Below, piece after piece: positions 1-9,053 of a DNA stretch of 64,000 nt (position 1 is the first letter of the stretch; each line of letters begins with the position of its first letter). A program made the position numbers and the translations under genes. The stretch lies in the IMG/VR virus record IMGVR_UViG_3300045995_000471; one strand, given 5' to 3'. The notes under the pieces are model-generated. The model was given only the letters and a program-made list of their open reading frames with translations. It was not told the origin of the DNA and ran no database searches. Source of the stretch: an uncultured virus (IMG/VR IMGVR_UViG_3300045995_000471). Taxonomy: Duplodnaviria > Heunggongvirae > Uroviricota > Caudoviricetes.

Positions 1-653
1 GTATCATATCCCTCCTCTTTAGCTTCAACAAACCGTCTAATAAGAGCCATTGGTACATGGCTCTGTTTCTCATTAACATTATCAAATTCGCCTATAAGGT
101 TTGTTGGCATTAAGAAAATTGTTTTCAAACCGAATTGTTTTTTATAAGCCCAGGCTCCCACTATAAGGGACTTCTTAGCAAAGCTATAACCTAAAGATGT
201 CTCTACTGGAAGTCCATTCCAGAATTCATCTTCAGTATAAGGAGTTTCCTTTCCCTCTATTAACGGATAACTGCAGCCCCCTAAAAACATTACTAGTTTT
301 TCTACCACTCTATTCGGCTTGGCGCACTCTTCGAGCATATTGATACCCATCATCATGTTCTGATACCAGAAACTGGCTTGGGCTTCTATATTCTCAAGGA
401 TACCCCCAGACTTTGCTGCCAAATGGATAACCGTCCTAATAGGGCCTTCATTAGACTCTATATTATTAAACATCGTTGACACATGATTAGCTTTGGTCAA
501 ATCAAAAAAGGACGTTCCTTGCACCTTAACAATGTCAGCAAATTTCCACCTCTTTTCCAGTTCGGGGAGTATGTGGGATGCCAGGAAGCCACGATCTCCC
601 GTTACCAATACTCTTCCTACATAAGGGATGCCCCTTCGATCATTCAATCCCAT
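1..653 (-). CDS. fcl: GDP-L-fucose synthase-like NAD(P)-dependent epimerase/reductase (3' end runs off the window)
   Basis: Not in the ORF track; translated by hand from ATG at 653: MGLNDRRGIPYVGRVLVTGDRGFLASH...VIHLAAKSGGILEN...FLGGCSYP...GYSFAKK...LMPTNLIGEFDN...SHVPMALIRRF. Has the Fcl-type HLAA.xGGI, C.YP, YxxxK, PTNLxG and SHV.xAL motifs. Confidence 0.85.
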   Translation of the reverse strand, partial: MGLNDRRGIPYVGRVLVTGDRGFLASHILPELEKRWKFADIVKVQGTSFFDLTKANHVSTMFNNIESNEGPIRTVIHLAAKSGGILENIEAQASFWYQNMMMGINMLEECAKPNRVVEKLVMFLGGCSYPLIEGKETPYTEDEFWNGLPVETSLGYSFAKKSLIVGAWAYKKQFGLKTIFLMPTNLIGEFDNVNEKQSHVPMALIRRFVEAKEEGYD

Positions 654-881
654 TTATTCCTCTCCTATATCCTTGTTTGTTTGTATGTCACCTGCACGAT
701 AAGCAGTTGCAAATGCTGTGGTGAATGGAAAGATTTCTCCGTTCATTATCCACATTCCCTTAGTACAAAAGGAATTGGCAGACTTCTTTTTTTGTTCTGG
801 TTCTAGATTACAAAGTATTTCGGCTTCTGAAAATGGCTCTGAAATTATGCAATTCCCACATATAACTTTTTTATTCTCCAC
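654..881 (-). CDS. Small Cys-containing hypothetical protein
   Basis: 3' part of ORF 654..998; probable GTG start at 881 overlapping the end of the 871..1125 ORF; CxxC plus two more Cys; its stop abuts the next ATG (653). Confidence 0.45.
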   Translation of the reverse strand: MENKKVICGNCIISEPFSEAEILCNLEPEQKKKSANSFCTKGMWIMNGEIFPFTTAFATAYRAGDIQTNKDIGEE

Positions 882-1125
882 TATCTTTAAGCTCGCCCCA
901 GACTCTAATATCATCAGCATCAGCCTCCTGTTTGAAATGTTCCCATTCGTCTGCACTAACATTGTCCATAGACCACTCAACAGCATCACAGCCAACACAT
1001 TCTTCTATACTTATTTCTTGCAATTGTCCACCACGGCGGCAATAAACATGATCCATATCCAACAAGTCCACCCAGCCGCGGTGGTTCACTATAATTTGTT
1101 CAGCCAACTCACATAAATTATGCAT
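871..1125 (-). CDS. Hypothetical acidic protein, 84 aa
   Basis: ATG preceded by AGGAG and by one copy of the conserved motif (1139-1171). Confidence 0.6.
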   Translation of the reverse strand: MHNLCELAEQIIVNHRGWVDLLDMDHVYCRRGGQLQEISIEECVGCDAVEWSMDNVSADEWEHFKQEADADDIRVWGELKDSGE

Positions 1126-1138
1126 TCAAATCACACTC

Positions 1139-1171
1139 CTATAGTATATATAGTACACAAATCTGTCTCTA
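1139..1171 (-). promoter_or_regulatory. Conserved phage promoter/operator-like motif, copy 1
   Basis: Exact core ATATAGTACACAAAT at 1148-1162, in the short gap directly upstream of a gene with an RBS; same core at 18790, 24598 and 24741. Confidence 0.7.
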
Positions 1172-1172
1172 C

Positions 1173-1517
1173 TCAAAAAACCCCATCCTTTTTTACACCC
1201 AGCTCGATTATCTTGGCCTTCATTACCTCATAATAACTCTTATTGAAGAATAGAGGAATAAACGGTTGCGTTTGATACCAGTTGAAAATGAATGCCCTGT
1301 AGACCTTTTCATTAGAGTCTATATCTTTGGCAAAAGGATCAAAATCATCTATATCTAAGGCCCCCATACTTATATCTGGGATGTTCCACATCTCAGTTAT
1401 AGCATATAAATATTCGGCAGTCTTTGCTAATTTATCCAGAATCTCTTTTGTGATTACAGGAGGAAATTCGATATTAAATTCCTGCCCATCTTCCGTTTTC
1501 ATTTTAAAAGGTTTCAT
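1173..1517 (-). CDS. Hypothetical protein
   Basis: Likely start MKPFKMKT at 1517, coupled to the upstream stop at 1519; no recognisable motif. Confidence 0.6.
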   Translation of the reverse strand: MKPFKMKTEDGQEFNIEFPPVITKEILDKLAKTAEYLYAITEMWNIPDISMGALDIDDFDPFAKDIDSNEKVYRAFIFNWYQTQPFIPLFFNKSYYEVMKAKIIELGVKKDGVF

Positions 1518-1518
1518 T

Positions 1519-2502
1519 TTATTTCCAGTTCTCAAAAAAGACGTTGCCAGACTGAAGGCTAATGGTCTCATAAAACCTAATCAGTTGTTGAATAGTTTTG
1601 TCTATAGTCCATTTAGGCTTGAACCCTAACGCCTCGATCTTAGCATTACTTACTTGGTAATCGCGCTTATCAGGGTCTTTCATTAGTGGGGCCTCCACTA
1701 TCTGATAATCAAAATACTCCGCTATCTTCCGAGCCAATTCCATTTTAGTCAGATTAGCAGAACTTAGCCCCACGTTGTACGCCTGTCCTTTCATTTCGTC
1801 ATACTTCTCTATAGCCAACTTGAATGCTTGACACACATCATTCACATGTATATAATTGCGACGAAAGTCTTTCTCATAGAGAACTATACAGCCCTCCTTT
1901 ACCGCTTGCCATACAAAATCGTTCACTAGGAGATCCAGACGCATGCACGGAGACCAGCCCATGACAGTTGCTAGCCTTAGACTAACACCACCAATAGACC
2001 TCAGCAGTTTCTCTGCCTCTACTTTAGTTTGGCCATAGGTTGAAATTGGGTTTAATGGTTCGTCCTCAGAAATCGCACCACCATCAGGCCTACTGCCATA
2101 GCCACTATTTGTACACGGGTATATTATCTTATGTTCAGGCTTTAGTTCCTCAACCATAAGAGAGATCGCCGCTGCATTTATGTCCCATGCCTGAGCTTTG
2201 AAAGCGTCACAACGCGGCGCACCAACTATACCTGCAAGGGGGATGATAAAATCAGCATCCTCCATATGTTCTATCATTAAATCCATATTAGTAATATCAC
2301 CAAAAACAAAATTAAATCGTGGGTCATCACAGAATTGTCCTAGTGTATTCTGTTTACGCACTAATGAATCTATAACTGTAAGTTTTGTTACAACCATGGG
2401 GGTCATGGCCCACTTACTGCTATCCTTAAATTTCCAGTCTAATAATTCCTTTACAAGTACCGAGCCTAAATAGCCCGCCCCTCCAGTGATCAATATTTTC
2501 AT
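1519..2502 (-). CDS. NAD-dependent epimerase/dehydratase (extended SDR, NDP-sugar modifying)
   Basis: TGGAGYLG Rossmann motif, YGQTK (YxxxK), LRLATVMG, RNYIHVND. Confidence 0.9.
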   Translation of the reverse strand: MKILITGGAGYLGSVLVKELLDWKFKDSSKWAMTPMVVTKLTVIDSLVRKQNTLGQFCDDPRFNFVFGDITNMDLMIEHMEDADFIIPLAGIVGAPRCDAFKAQAWDINAAAISLMVEELKPEHKIIYPCTNSGYGSRPDGGAISEDEPLNPISTYGQTKVEAEKLLRSIGGVSLRLATVMGWSPCMRLDLLVNDFVWQAVKEGCIVLYEKDFRRNYIHVNDVCQAFKLAIEKYDEMKGQAYNVGLSSANLTKMELARKIAEYFDYQIVEAPLMKDPDKRDYQVSNAKIEALGFKPKWTIDKTIQQLIRFYETISLQSGNVFFENWK

Positions 2503-2510
2503 TCTGTCTC

Positions 2511-3089
2511 CTACTTCTGAAACAGTGCTTGCTCATGCACTGTATGGTGAACTATTAAATTTTCTTGTTCCGAAAATTCACGAATGGCCTCTGTGATTCC
2601 ATATAGACCCTGTACGTCATCTAATATTATTACTCCACCAAGAGATATTCTGGGCCAAAAGAAATTTAATGCCTTAATGGTTGGAAAATATATATCCATG
2701 TCGAGGTGAACAAAACTAAATGTAAGGTCCTTAACAGCTTCCAGTGTATCAGGCACAAGCCCCTCATAAATCTTTATGTTTGGGCAGTCCTGTAAATAGG
2801 CAGCCACTTCATCCTTACCACAAGTAAAATCCCCGGCATGGTGTTCCCCGTCTTGGCGTTGGGATGCAGGAATACCATCAAAGGTATCAAATAGGTGTAA
2901 GGTTTTCTTATGTTGGATCGTCTTGCAGATTAACTTGGCCGAACCTCCCCGAAACGCACCGCACTCTGCTAAATCTCCATCTAGGGTTTGGGTTTCCGTT
3001 ACCCATTTGTATAACATCTGGGCTCGGGAATGATCCAGCACCAGCCGATTAGAAACTTCTGCTAATATTGAAGAAAAATTAATACTCAT
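2511..3089 (-). CDS. TylF/MycF/NovP-family sugar O-methyltransferase
   Basis: GDLAECGAFRGGS, LFDTFDG, FVHLDMDIY, GGVIILDD; start MSINF at 3089 overlaps the upstream stop. Confidence 0.85.
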   Translation of the reverse strand: MSINFSSILAEVSNRLVLDHSRAQMLYKWVTETQTLDGDLAECGAFRGGSAKLICKTIQHKKTLHLFDTFDGIPASQRQDGEHHAGDFTCGKDEVAAYLQDCPNIKIYEGLVPDTLEAVKDLTFSFVHLDMDIYFPTIKALNFFWPRISLGGVIILDDVQGLYGITEAIREFSEQENLIVHHTVHEQALFQK

Positions 3090-3592
3090 TATAACCTCTT
3101 TACAGCATCTTTTAATACTGCATATGATTCTTCCACAGAGCACCGTCCCGTCTCTATTACCAGTTTAGGGAGATCGCATTGAAGTCCTATTGGACACTCA
3201 AAGTGAGCGAAGAAGTTATATACTTCTCCTGATAATGCTCTCTTATATAACCCCTTGGGGTCCCGCTTCACTAGAATATCTAAATCACATGTCAGGTAAA
3301 CATCAAAGTAGTCTTTGAAGCATTCCCTATTTTTATTACGTAGTTCTTGATAAGGAGTTATGGATGCAACAATTGTAGGGCCGTGGCCATTAGCATATGT
3401 TCGAACTGCATCACGCAACTGCTCCTGAAATTTTAGGCGCCCTTCCCTAGTAAAGTCAGGCTTTATCCCCCATGCTTTTCGCATATGATCGGCGTCTACC
3501 AGTAGTGCCCCTGGCAGATCGACCGTAAGTCTAGAGGCTAAAGTTGTTTTGCCCGAGCCCGAGGGCCCAAATATCCAAATAATTTTAGACAT
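3089..3592 (-). CDS. cysC: Adenylyl-sulfate (APS) kinase
   Basis: IIWIFGPSGSGKTT P-loop, DADHMR, DFTREGR, ASITPY, RDPKGLYKRA. Confidence 0.9.
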   Translation of the reverse strand: MSKIIWIFGPSGSGKTTLASRLTVDLPGALLVDADHMRKAWGIKPDFTREGRLKFQEQLRDAVRTYANGHGPTIVASITPYQELRNKNRECFKDYFDVYLTCDLDILVKRDPKGLYKRALSGEVYNFFAHFECPIGLQCDLPKLVIETGRCSVEESYAVLKDAVKRL

Positions 3593-4433
3593 TCTTTCTC
3601 CGAAGGATATTTATTGCAAACCAAGATTTGAACCGCTGCCAACGTGTAGCCGTAATAGCTATGACCTCTATGGCTTCTGGGGCCTGCTCTTCTGCCATCT
3701 CACCACGTAACTCTGCTACTCTGGCTTCATAAAGCACCTGTGCGTATCCATACAGTTCACGGTCCAGTAGATTATTATCGGAAATAGCCTTACGTATATT
3801 TGATGGAATCTCTTCAAGAGGAGGTCTCCCAGAAGAATTTGCTTTTGGTACCCCGACTTCTGGCCAGCCCAAATAAAAACCACAAACCTCAACAAATTCC
3901 TCTATAACATCATGAATACCAAAGAACGTAAAGTAGTTTCTAAGGTTATTCTTTGCACTAGAAACCCTTAGATTTGCTCTGCTAGAACCAGTATAAGAGG
4001 ATAGTAAATTAGTCTGTCTATTAATCATCCCCAACTCATACGCTGCATCTATTTTGCTATGGAAGAGTTCAAAGAGTGTGTACTGTAAAGCCAATTTATG
4101 GAGAGGATGCCCTTCGTCTCCCCGCAAGAAATAGTACTGGGAAATTACTCTATCTACTGGATCTCTTAGTATTGTAAGATGGTTTATAGGCTGATTTATA
4201 TGCCTATAGAAGGGGTCTAGTAGAGTATAATGTCCTAGTGTAGCCTTAGCGTCAGTTATAATATGGTCTTGCCGAAACTTAGTTAGCAAAACCTTGGGCC
4301 CCATACGCTTATAGTCAGAGCCATAGACCTGATCGAATATATCTGAGATAGAAGACCCCCCGGTTTTAGGGATGTGAAAAAAGATTGTAAATTTATTAGG
4401 GTCAAATCCCTGCGTTTCAATATTTAATGTCAT
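3585..4433 (-). CDS. PAPS-dependent sulfotransferase (Sulfotransfer_2-like, carbohydrate type)
   Basis: 5'-PSB motif FFHIPKTGGSS, 3'-PB motif LRDPVDRVISQYYF, C-terminal N.LD.ELY.YA. Confidence 0.85.
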   Translation of the reverse strand: MTLNIETQGFDPNKFTIFFHIPKTGGSSISDIFDQVYGSDYKRMGPKVLLTKFRQDHIITDAKATLGHYTLLDPFYRHINQPINHLTILRDPVDRVISQYYFLRGDEGHPLHKLALQYTLFELFHSKIDAAYELGMINRQTNLLSSYTGSSRANLRVSSAKNNLRNYFTFFGIHDVIEEFVEVCGFYLGWPEVGVPKANSSGRPPLEEIPSNIRKAISDNNLLDRELYGYAQVLYEARVAELRGEMAEEQAPEAIEVIAITATRWQRFKSWFAINILRRKNV

Positions 4434-4483
4434 GTTAACTCCTAGTTGTTGTTATATTTCAGTAGCGCCCGCCGCCTCTTTGT

Positions 4484-4576
4484 TTATTCCCACTTGTGCT
4501 CTTCTTTACCGTGTATGTGTTTAAACTCCGCAGGGTGCAAAGTCCCGTGCCTATCCTTATATTTACGTTTGGGCAT
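4484..4576 (-). pseudogene. Orphaned alternative C-terminus of the 5518..6300 methyltransferase (30-codon remnant)
   Basis: Hand translation MPKRKYKDRHGTLHPAEFKHIHGKEEHKWE*; aligns without gaps (10/21 identical) to YEGRHNHIWCKELKSLHGKEE encoded at 5548-5610. Confidence 0.65.
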
Positions 4577-5525
4577 GACTTGATCCAACTAAACGATAAA
4601 GTTTAGCCCTCACAGAATGCTCTGATCTACCCAATGTATTACTCAATTCTCTGATGGATAACTTATCATAATTAGAATGTAGATAATTTATCTCGGTATC
4701 TGTCCAAAAAGAATCTTTAGATAATCTATACCTTTTGGCTTGACTTCTGATGCTCTTGGGGGTTTTCTCTAAGATATCAGATAGAACATCTGTGGAAGAA
4801 CTCCCATATAACAGCCGTAAAGTTTCGATTTCTTCGGGTTTCCACAATTGACGATAATTTGTATTTAATAAAGTTGACTTTACTTTTAACCATTGTTCAT
4901 ATTTCCGCTGTAAATATACATCATTTTTTTGATACAACCACTCCCCTAGATTCAAAATATCCTCTCTACTAGATACTTTAACTATAGTGTAACCAAGCTT
5001 ATGCGTATGAATGGAACATAAAATACCCAAATGTTCCTCTAAAGTTTTCTTTACCCAATCACAAAATTCTGATGTTGAAAGGATTGACCAGTGAAAAATC
5101 CAACTATTATATTTTCTATTCTTCTTACAAGCAAAACAACCATCGCCATCATGATGGCCCCGTAAGAAATCCCTTATGTATTGACTATCAATAGATGGTG
5201 GTTTAAGAATAAGAGATTTCTTAGGTAAACATCCATGAGATATCAAATCTTCGCACATTTCTTTTGAGCAAACATTTAGCCGGTAAGTAGGCAAAACGGA
5301 ACGTTTGGTGGGGGGCTTTTCTTTAGTCCTGATACTACCAAAAATTTCTTTTGAAAATTTATCCACTATATCTTTGTCGACTAAGTCTAATTGGACCTGA
5401 TATAATGCTTTATTTGTATTATAATGAATATAGCCGTCAGCATAAAGAAGTCCTATAAAATATGCTTTATCTCTAGCATCAATCTTATGAAAATAATCTG
5501 TTCGTTTTGCCACCATGTCAAACAC
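4563..5525 (-). mobile_element. Free-standing double-motif LAGLIDADG homing endonuclease with two C-terminal HTH-like repeats
   Basis: AYFIGLLYADG and FLRGHHDGDG motifs, YLQRKYE; repeats WKPEEIETLRLLY..LEKTPKSIRSQA and WTDTEINYLHSNY..LGRSEHSVRAKL. Confidence 0.88.
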
Positions 5526-6300
5526 CTCTATATTGTGATATATGTATCTCCTCCTTGCCGTGCAAACTCTTTAGCTCTTTACACCAAATATGGTTGTGCC
5601 TTCCTTCATAGGGAGGGGTCGAATGCCAAACCTTTATTGAGATATCCTCAATTGACTCGTCTCTTTCTTCAGGAACTCGTTCAAATTCAGCCATAAAAAA
5701 CCCTGCGTGCCAATCTTGGTTATCAAAACCCCTAGTACAAGCAATGAATTGGTCTGGGGTCCAAAATTCATGAACAACCATACACTGGTCTGAATGTTTT
5801 CTCATGAATTTCCTCCAAGCATTGTAAACACGGCTGTAACCGTCTCCGTCATCCATAAAAATCAAAGCTTTATCAGCCAAGAAAGGCAACATCCGTTCCA
5901 ATGCATTAAATGTTTCTGGTCCGTCATGGTTTGCATCATAATAGTACAGAGATACTGGTTTAATTAGAAACTTAGTTAAATCCAACGAGAAAAAGTCACC
6001 TTCATAGGAAATTACATTTGGAATTTCTTTTATTAACCTAGACATCTCCCCCTGAAATTGTATATCAGCACAGTACTTTATTTTACTATCGTTCCCTGCC
6101 GAGGCAGCAGCAAAGGAAGATCCATAAAGGCACCCAACCTCAAAATAGGCCTCCCCCTCTTCTAAACAACTAACTGCCAAATTAATAGTATGTTGTATCA
6201 ATGCGCTGTTAGTTCCCCATATGCTCGTCAATGGTTGTAATTCTTTAGTCCTTGATAAAACCTTTGTATGAAATTGTCTTCTAAATTTATCTAGATTCAT
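5518..6300 (-). CDS. Class I SAM-dependent methyltransferase (Methyltransf_24-like)
   Basis: YFEVGCLYGSS, YYYDANH, LIFMDD; paralog of 6301..7044. Confidence 0.8.
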   Translation of the reverse strand: MNLDKFRRQFHTKVLSRTKELQPLTSIWGTNSALIQHTINLAVSCLEEGEAYFEVGCLYGSSFAAASAGNDSKIKYCADIQFQGEMSRLIKEIPNVISYEGDFFSLDLTKFLIKPVSLYYYDANHDGPETFNALERMLPFLADKALIFMDDGDGYSRVYNAWRKFMRKHSDQCMVVHEFWTPDQFIACTRGFDNQDWHAGFFMAEFERVPEERDESIEDISIKVWHSTPPYEGRHNHIWCKELKSLHGKEEIHISQYRGV

Positions 6301-7044
6301 TTATATATCCTTATCCAACATTTTCTTTATGAACGGTCTCCACTTCTCAGGATAAGGCCCCTCTCCCCTACAATGATAGCCACCTAAGGTGTCCTCATCC
6401 AGTTGATGCGGCAACCTCTCTGGCTCTCGTTCATATTCTAACAGACAGAAGCCGTTGTACCAGTCCTCTAAGCAGTGATTTGTCATTGCTTTGAAGATGT
6501 CACACTCTGGCCACATTTCATGGACTAGGGTGAAATTAGCTGCATGGTCTCGCAGAAAGTCTCTCACCGCATTGTAACTTCTTACATAGCAATGATCGTC
6601 CACAAAGACGTATGCCTTGTCTGCCAAGACAGGTATAACATACTCAAGATGCTTGTAGGTATTTTCGTATGAGTGGTCGTTGTCAAGGTAGAATGCACCT
6701 ACCTTATGCTTAATCAACAACAGGTCTAGTTCTTCAAACGGGCAATGAAAAAATGTAATTCCGTACTTCTCTACCACGTGCCTCAAACTGTCCTGATACT
6801 CTATATCACAAGCATACGTAGGAATGTCTTCGTGGCCCACCAAGGCTGCTTCTAGAGATTTCCCACCAAAGGAGCCTACTTCCAGGTAGGCCTCTCCGCT
6901 GCCACTCAAACAAGAGACTGCCAGATTCAGTGTGTTCTGCACTCTCTCATTGGCCCATCCAGGCATATTAGAAAGCTTAGGAAGCTCGTGCTGCCGCATT
7001 AGTATTTCTTTATTAAACCTGTTCCTGAATTTCCATAGATCCAT
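6301..7044 (-). CDS. Class I SAM-dependent methyltransferase (Methyltransf_24-like)
   Basis: YLEVGSFGGKS, FYLDNDHSYE, YVFVDD. Confidence 0.8.
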   Translation of the reverse strand: MDLWKFRNRFNKEILMRQHELPKLSNMPGWANERVQNTLNLAVSCLSGSGEAYLEVGSFGGKSLEAALVGHEDIPTYACDIEYQDSLRHVVEKYGITFFHCPFEELDLLLIKHKVGAFYLDNDHSYENTYKHLEYVIPVLADKAYVFVDDHCYVRSYNAVRDFLRDHAANFTLVHEMWPECDIFKAMTNHCLEDWYNGFCLLEYEREPERLPHQLDEDTLGGYHCRGEGPYPEKWRPFIKKMLDKDI

Positions 7045-7765
7045 TTATTGTCATGCCCTCCTTCAGTTTTATAATTGCCGTTCCTGGTGATGTTAAATTC
7101 CACACAGAGAATGCAAACTCGATCTTATCATAATTCTCCCGCACGAATTCATCTATGGCCCGTAACACCCCCCATATACCTATGTTCATTATCTTATAGT
7201 TACTAACCAAACGTGGCACCAAATCTTTGTTTACCCCCTCTTGAAAATAGGGAGAACAATCATCTAGTGCTATGTATCCCCCTGGCTTTACACAGTGTAT
7301 CCAGTAGTCATGAAACCACATTCTAGTTTGATCGTATGTGTGGGGGTCAGTATCAATGTAAAGTAAATCTATATCCTGCAAAAAGTAGGGGCCTTGAAAA
7401 TCTTTGTAGCCCTTCTCCCCCGTGCATTCATGATATACCCAACGAGGATCCGCAGGCATATTCTCTTTCACAAAGCGTTCTGCATCCCACACGGGATCAA
7501 AACTGTCCAGCATTCCATCCCCTAGTTCACTTAGGGCGTGTGTAAAAGCAGAAGTACTGTACCCTTCTCTCATACCTAATTCAACTATCTGTTTGGGTTT
7601 GATATGCAGGCATAGATTATAAAGGGCTTCTCTAGTTCTATTAATGTAGGAAACAACACGAGCACTAGGCAAACTAGGACGAGGAACAGTAACGATATCT
7701 ATTAAATCTTGCCCACCTTTCTTAAATTCCCAAACTTCTTCTTTTACCATACTGTCTAATTTCAT
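7013..7765 (-). CDS. Class I SAM-dependent methyltransferase (Methyltransf_24-like)
   Basis: IVELGMREGYST, IDLLYIDTDPHTY, VKPGGYIALDD; ATGA-overlap start at 7765. Confidence 0.85.
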   Translation of the reverse strand: MKLDSMVKEEVWEFKKGGQDLIDIVTVPRPSLPSARVVSYINRTREALYNLCLHIKPKQIVELGMREGYSTSAFTHALSELGDGMLDSFDPVWDAERFVKENMPADPRWVYHECTGEKGYKDFQGPYFLQDIDLLYIDTDPHTYDQTRMWFHDYWIHCVKPGGYIALDDCSPYFQEGVNKDLVPRLVSNYKIMNIGIWGVLRAIDEFVRENYDKIEFAFSVWNLTSPGTAIIKLKEGMTINGSMEIQEQV

Positions 7766-8691
7766 TTGAACCATTGTGGAAAGTGTATCTTCCTATTCTC
7801 CTTATAATTAGGATCTATATTATGTGTTTTTAATTCTGCCAAATGTTCCCGCACATAAACAGGAGAATTTAATTCAGTTAACTCTACAGTCTCAAACCAA
7901 TTGTCAGGATTTACTGAAGGGGACCCAATCTGTTCTCCTATTGCCTTAGCTTTAGGCCAATGATTATACCTGAACCCTTCCCGAAGATCATCCATTGTAT
8001 GATAATAGAAGGGACCATCCAGTAATTTCCTATAGATATGTTCTATTGTACAACAAGCACTGTATTCGAAAGCAATAAGGTCCTCAGGATTAGGCATGGG
8101 CGTTGCTTCGTGTAAATAATCATCATAGGCCTTGGATATAGAATTAGCAGAACGGATCATTTCTATAGGGAGAATGGCATATCCTCTTCCGCGCGCCCAA
8201 TTATCATAATCGAACCAATAACGTACCATGGTTAAGAACAGGGGATGTCCATAATCTCCTTGTAGAATATTCCGTATTTTCTCGGCGCGGCGGAGGTCGG
8301 TAAAATCTAGCATCTCATCTGCATCAGCAACTGATACCCATACATCTTCTCCATATTTATTCATTATATACGGAACGGCTAAATCTTTAAGATAGTTTTC
8401 CGACAACCATGCCCGGGTACGCTTCTCCTGCATATCCTCTGTACCCTTAAATCCACAATCATATGAACCCTCCAATATTGTAATCCTGTCCCGGTAGGGA
8501 GCAAATCTATCATCCGAAGCAACCAGAGTTTTAAATACATGCCCTTTATAGTCACTACCAAAAGTATAATCATTCTCCGTAAAAATCCATTCATCCATGC
8601 CATCTGACTCAAGCCTCAATTTTAATAACAAGGTTCTAAGCTCTACGGGATCGTCAGAATAAACTCTAAATGCATTAATTAATTTACGCAT
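7762..8691 (-). CDS. GT17-like glycosyltransferase
   Basis: N-terminal INAF...EL..LLLKL.L....DEWIFTE..YTF....KG and VADADE (SDxDE-like), resembling MGAT3-type GT17 enzymes. Confidence 0.65.
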   Translation of the reverse strand: MRKLINAFRVYSDDPVELRTLLLKLRLESDGMDEWIFTENDYTFGSDYKGHVFKTLVASDDRFAPYRDRITILEGSYDCGFKGTEDMQEKRTRAWLSENYLKDLAVPYIMNKYGEDVWVSVADADEMLDFTDLRRAEKIRNILQGDYGHPLFLTMVRYWFDYDNWARGRGYAILPIEMIRSANSISKAYDDYLHEATPMPNPEDLIAFEYSACCTIEHIYRKLLDGPFYYHTMDDLREGFRYNHWPKAKAIGEQIGSPSVNPDNWFETVELTELNSPVYVREHLAELKTHNIDPNYKENRKIHFPQWFK

Positions 8692-9053
8692 TAGTATACC
8701 GCTCTACTGATGCCTTCTTCAGTGGATCCCTGCTTCCAATGACCTTCGAAACCACCAATACGAACCACATCAACATACTTGAAATTAACCCTTTCAATAA
8801 ATTCCGATAATAGAGTATCAATTTCTTCAGGATCTTTGCCCGCTTCTAGTAATTCCTTATATATCTTAGCCTTCTGAAATTCTTTATAAACCACATCAGG
8901 TACCTGAAATTCTTTTTCTTCAGTGGATACTATAGGCTTATCTGCTGATCCACAACTACCACATGATAGTCCATTAACAAGTTCGGCCTTGTAACCTACC
9001 CACCCGCATTGCCTACATTCATATTTATAAATCAATTCTTTTCTAGTCATCAT
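8691..9053 (-). CDS. Hypothetical protein with N-terminal zinc ribbon
   Basis: CRQC...CGSC; coupled to both neighbours. Confidence 0.65.
   Translation of the reverse strand: MMTRKELIYKYECRQCGWVGYKAELVNGLSCGSCGSADKPIVSTEEKEFQVPDVVYKEFQKAKIYKELLEAGKDPEEIDTLLSEFIERVNFKYVDVVRIGGFEGHWKQGSTEEGISRAVY

Noticed and set aside
882..998. 5' extension of ORF 654..998 as a frameshift fusion with 871..1125
   Set aside because: A GTG at 881 gives a simple coupled two-gene arrangement; no evidence for a programmed frameshift.
4434..5625. LAGLIDADG ORF as part of a group I intron or intein
   Set aside because: It overlaps the upstream stop, leaves no room for an intron core, has its own start and stop, and lacks Cys-start/His-Asn-end intein motifs.
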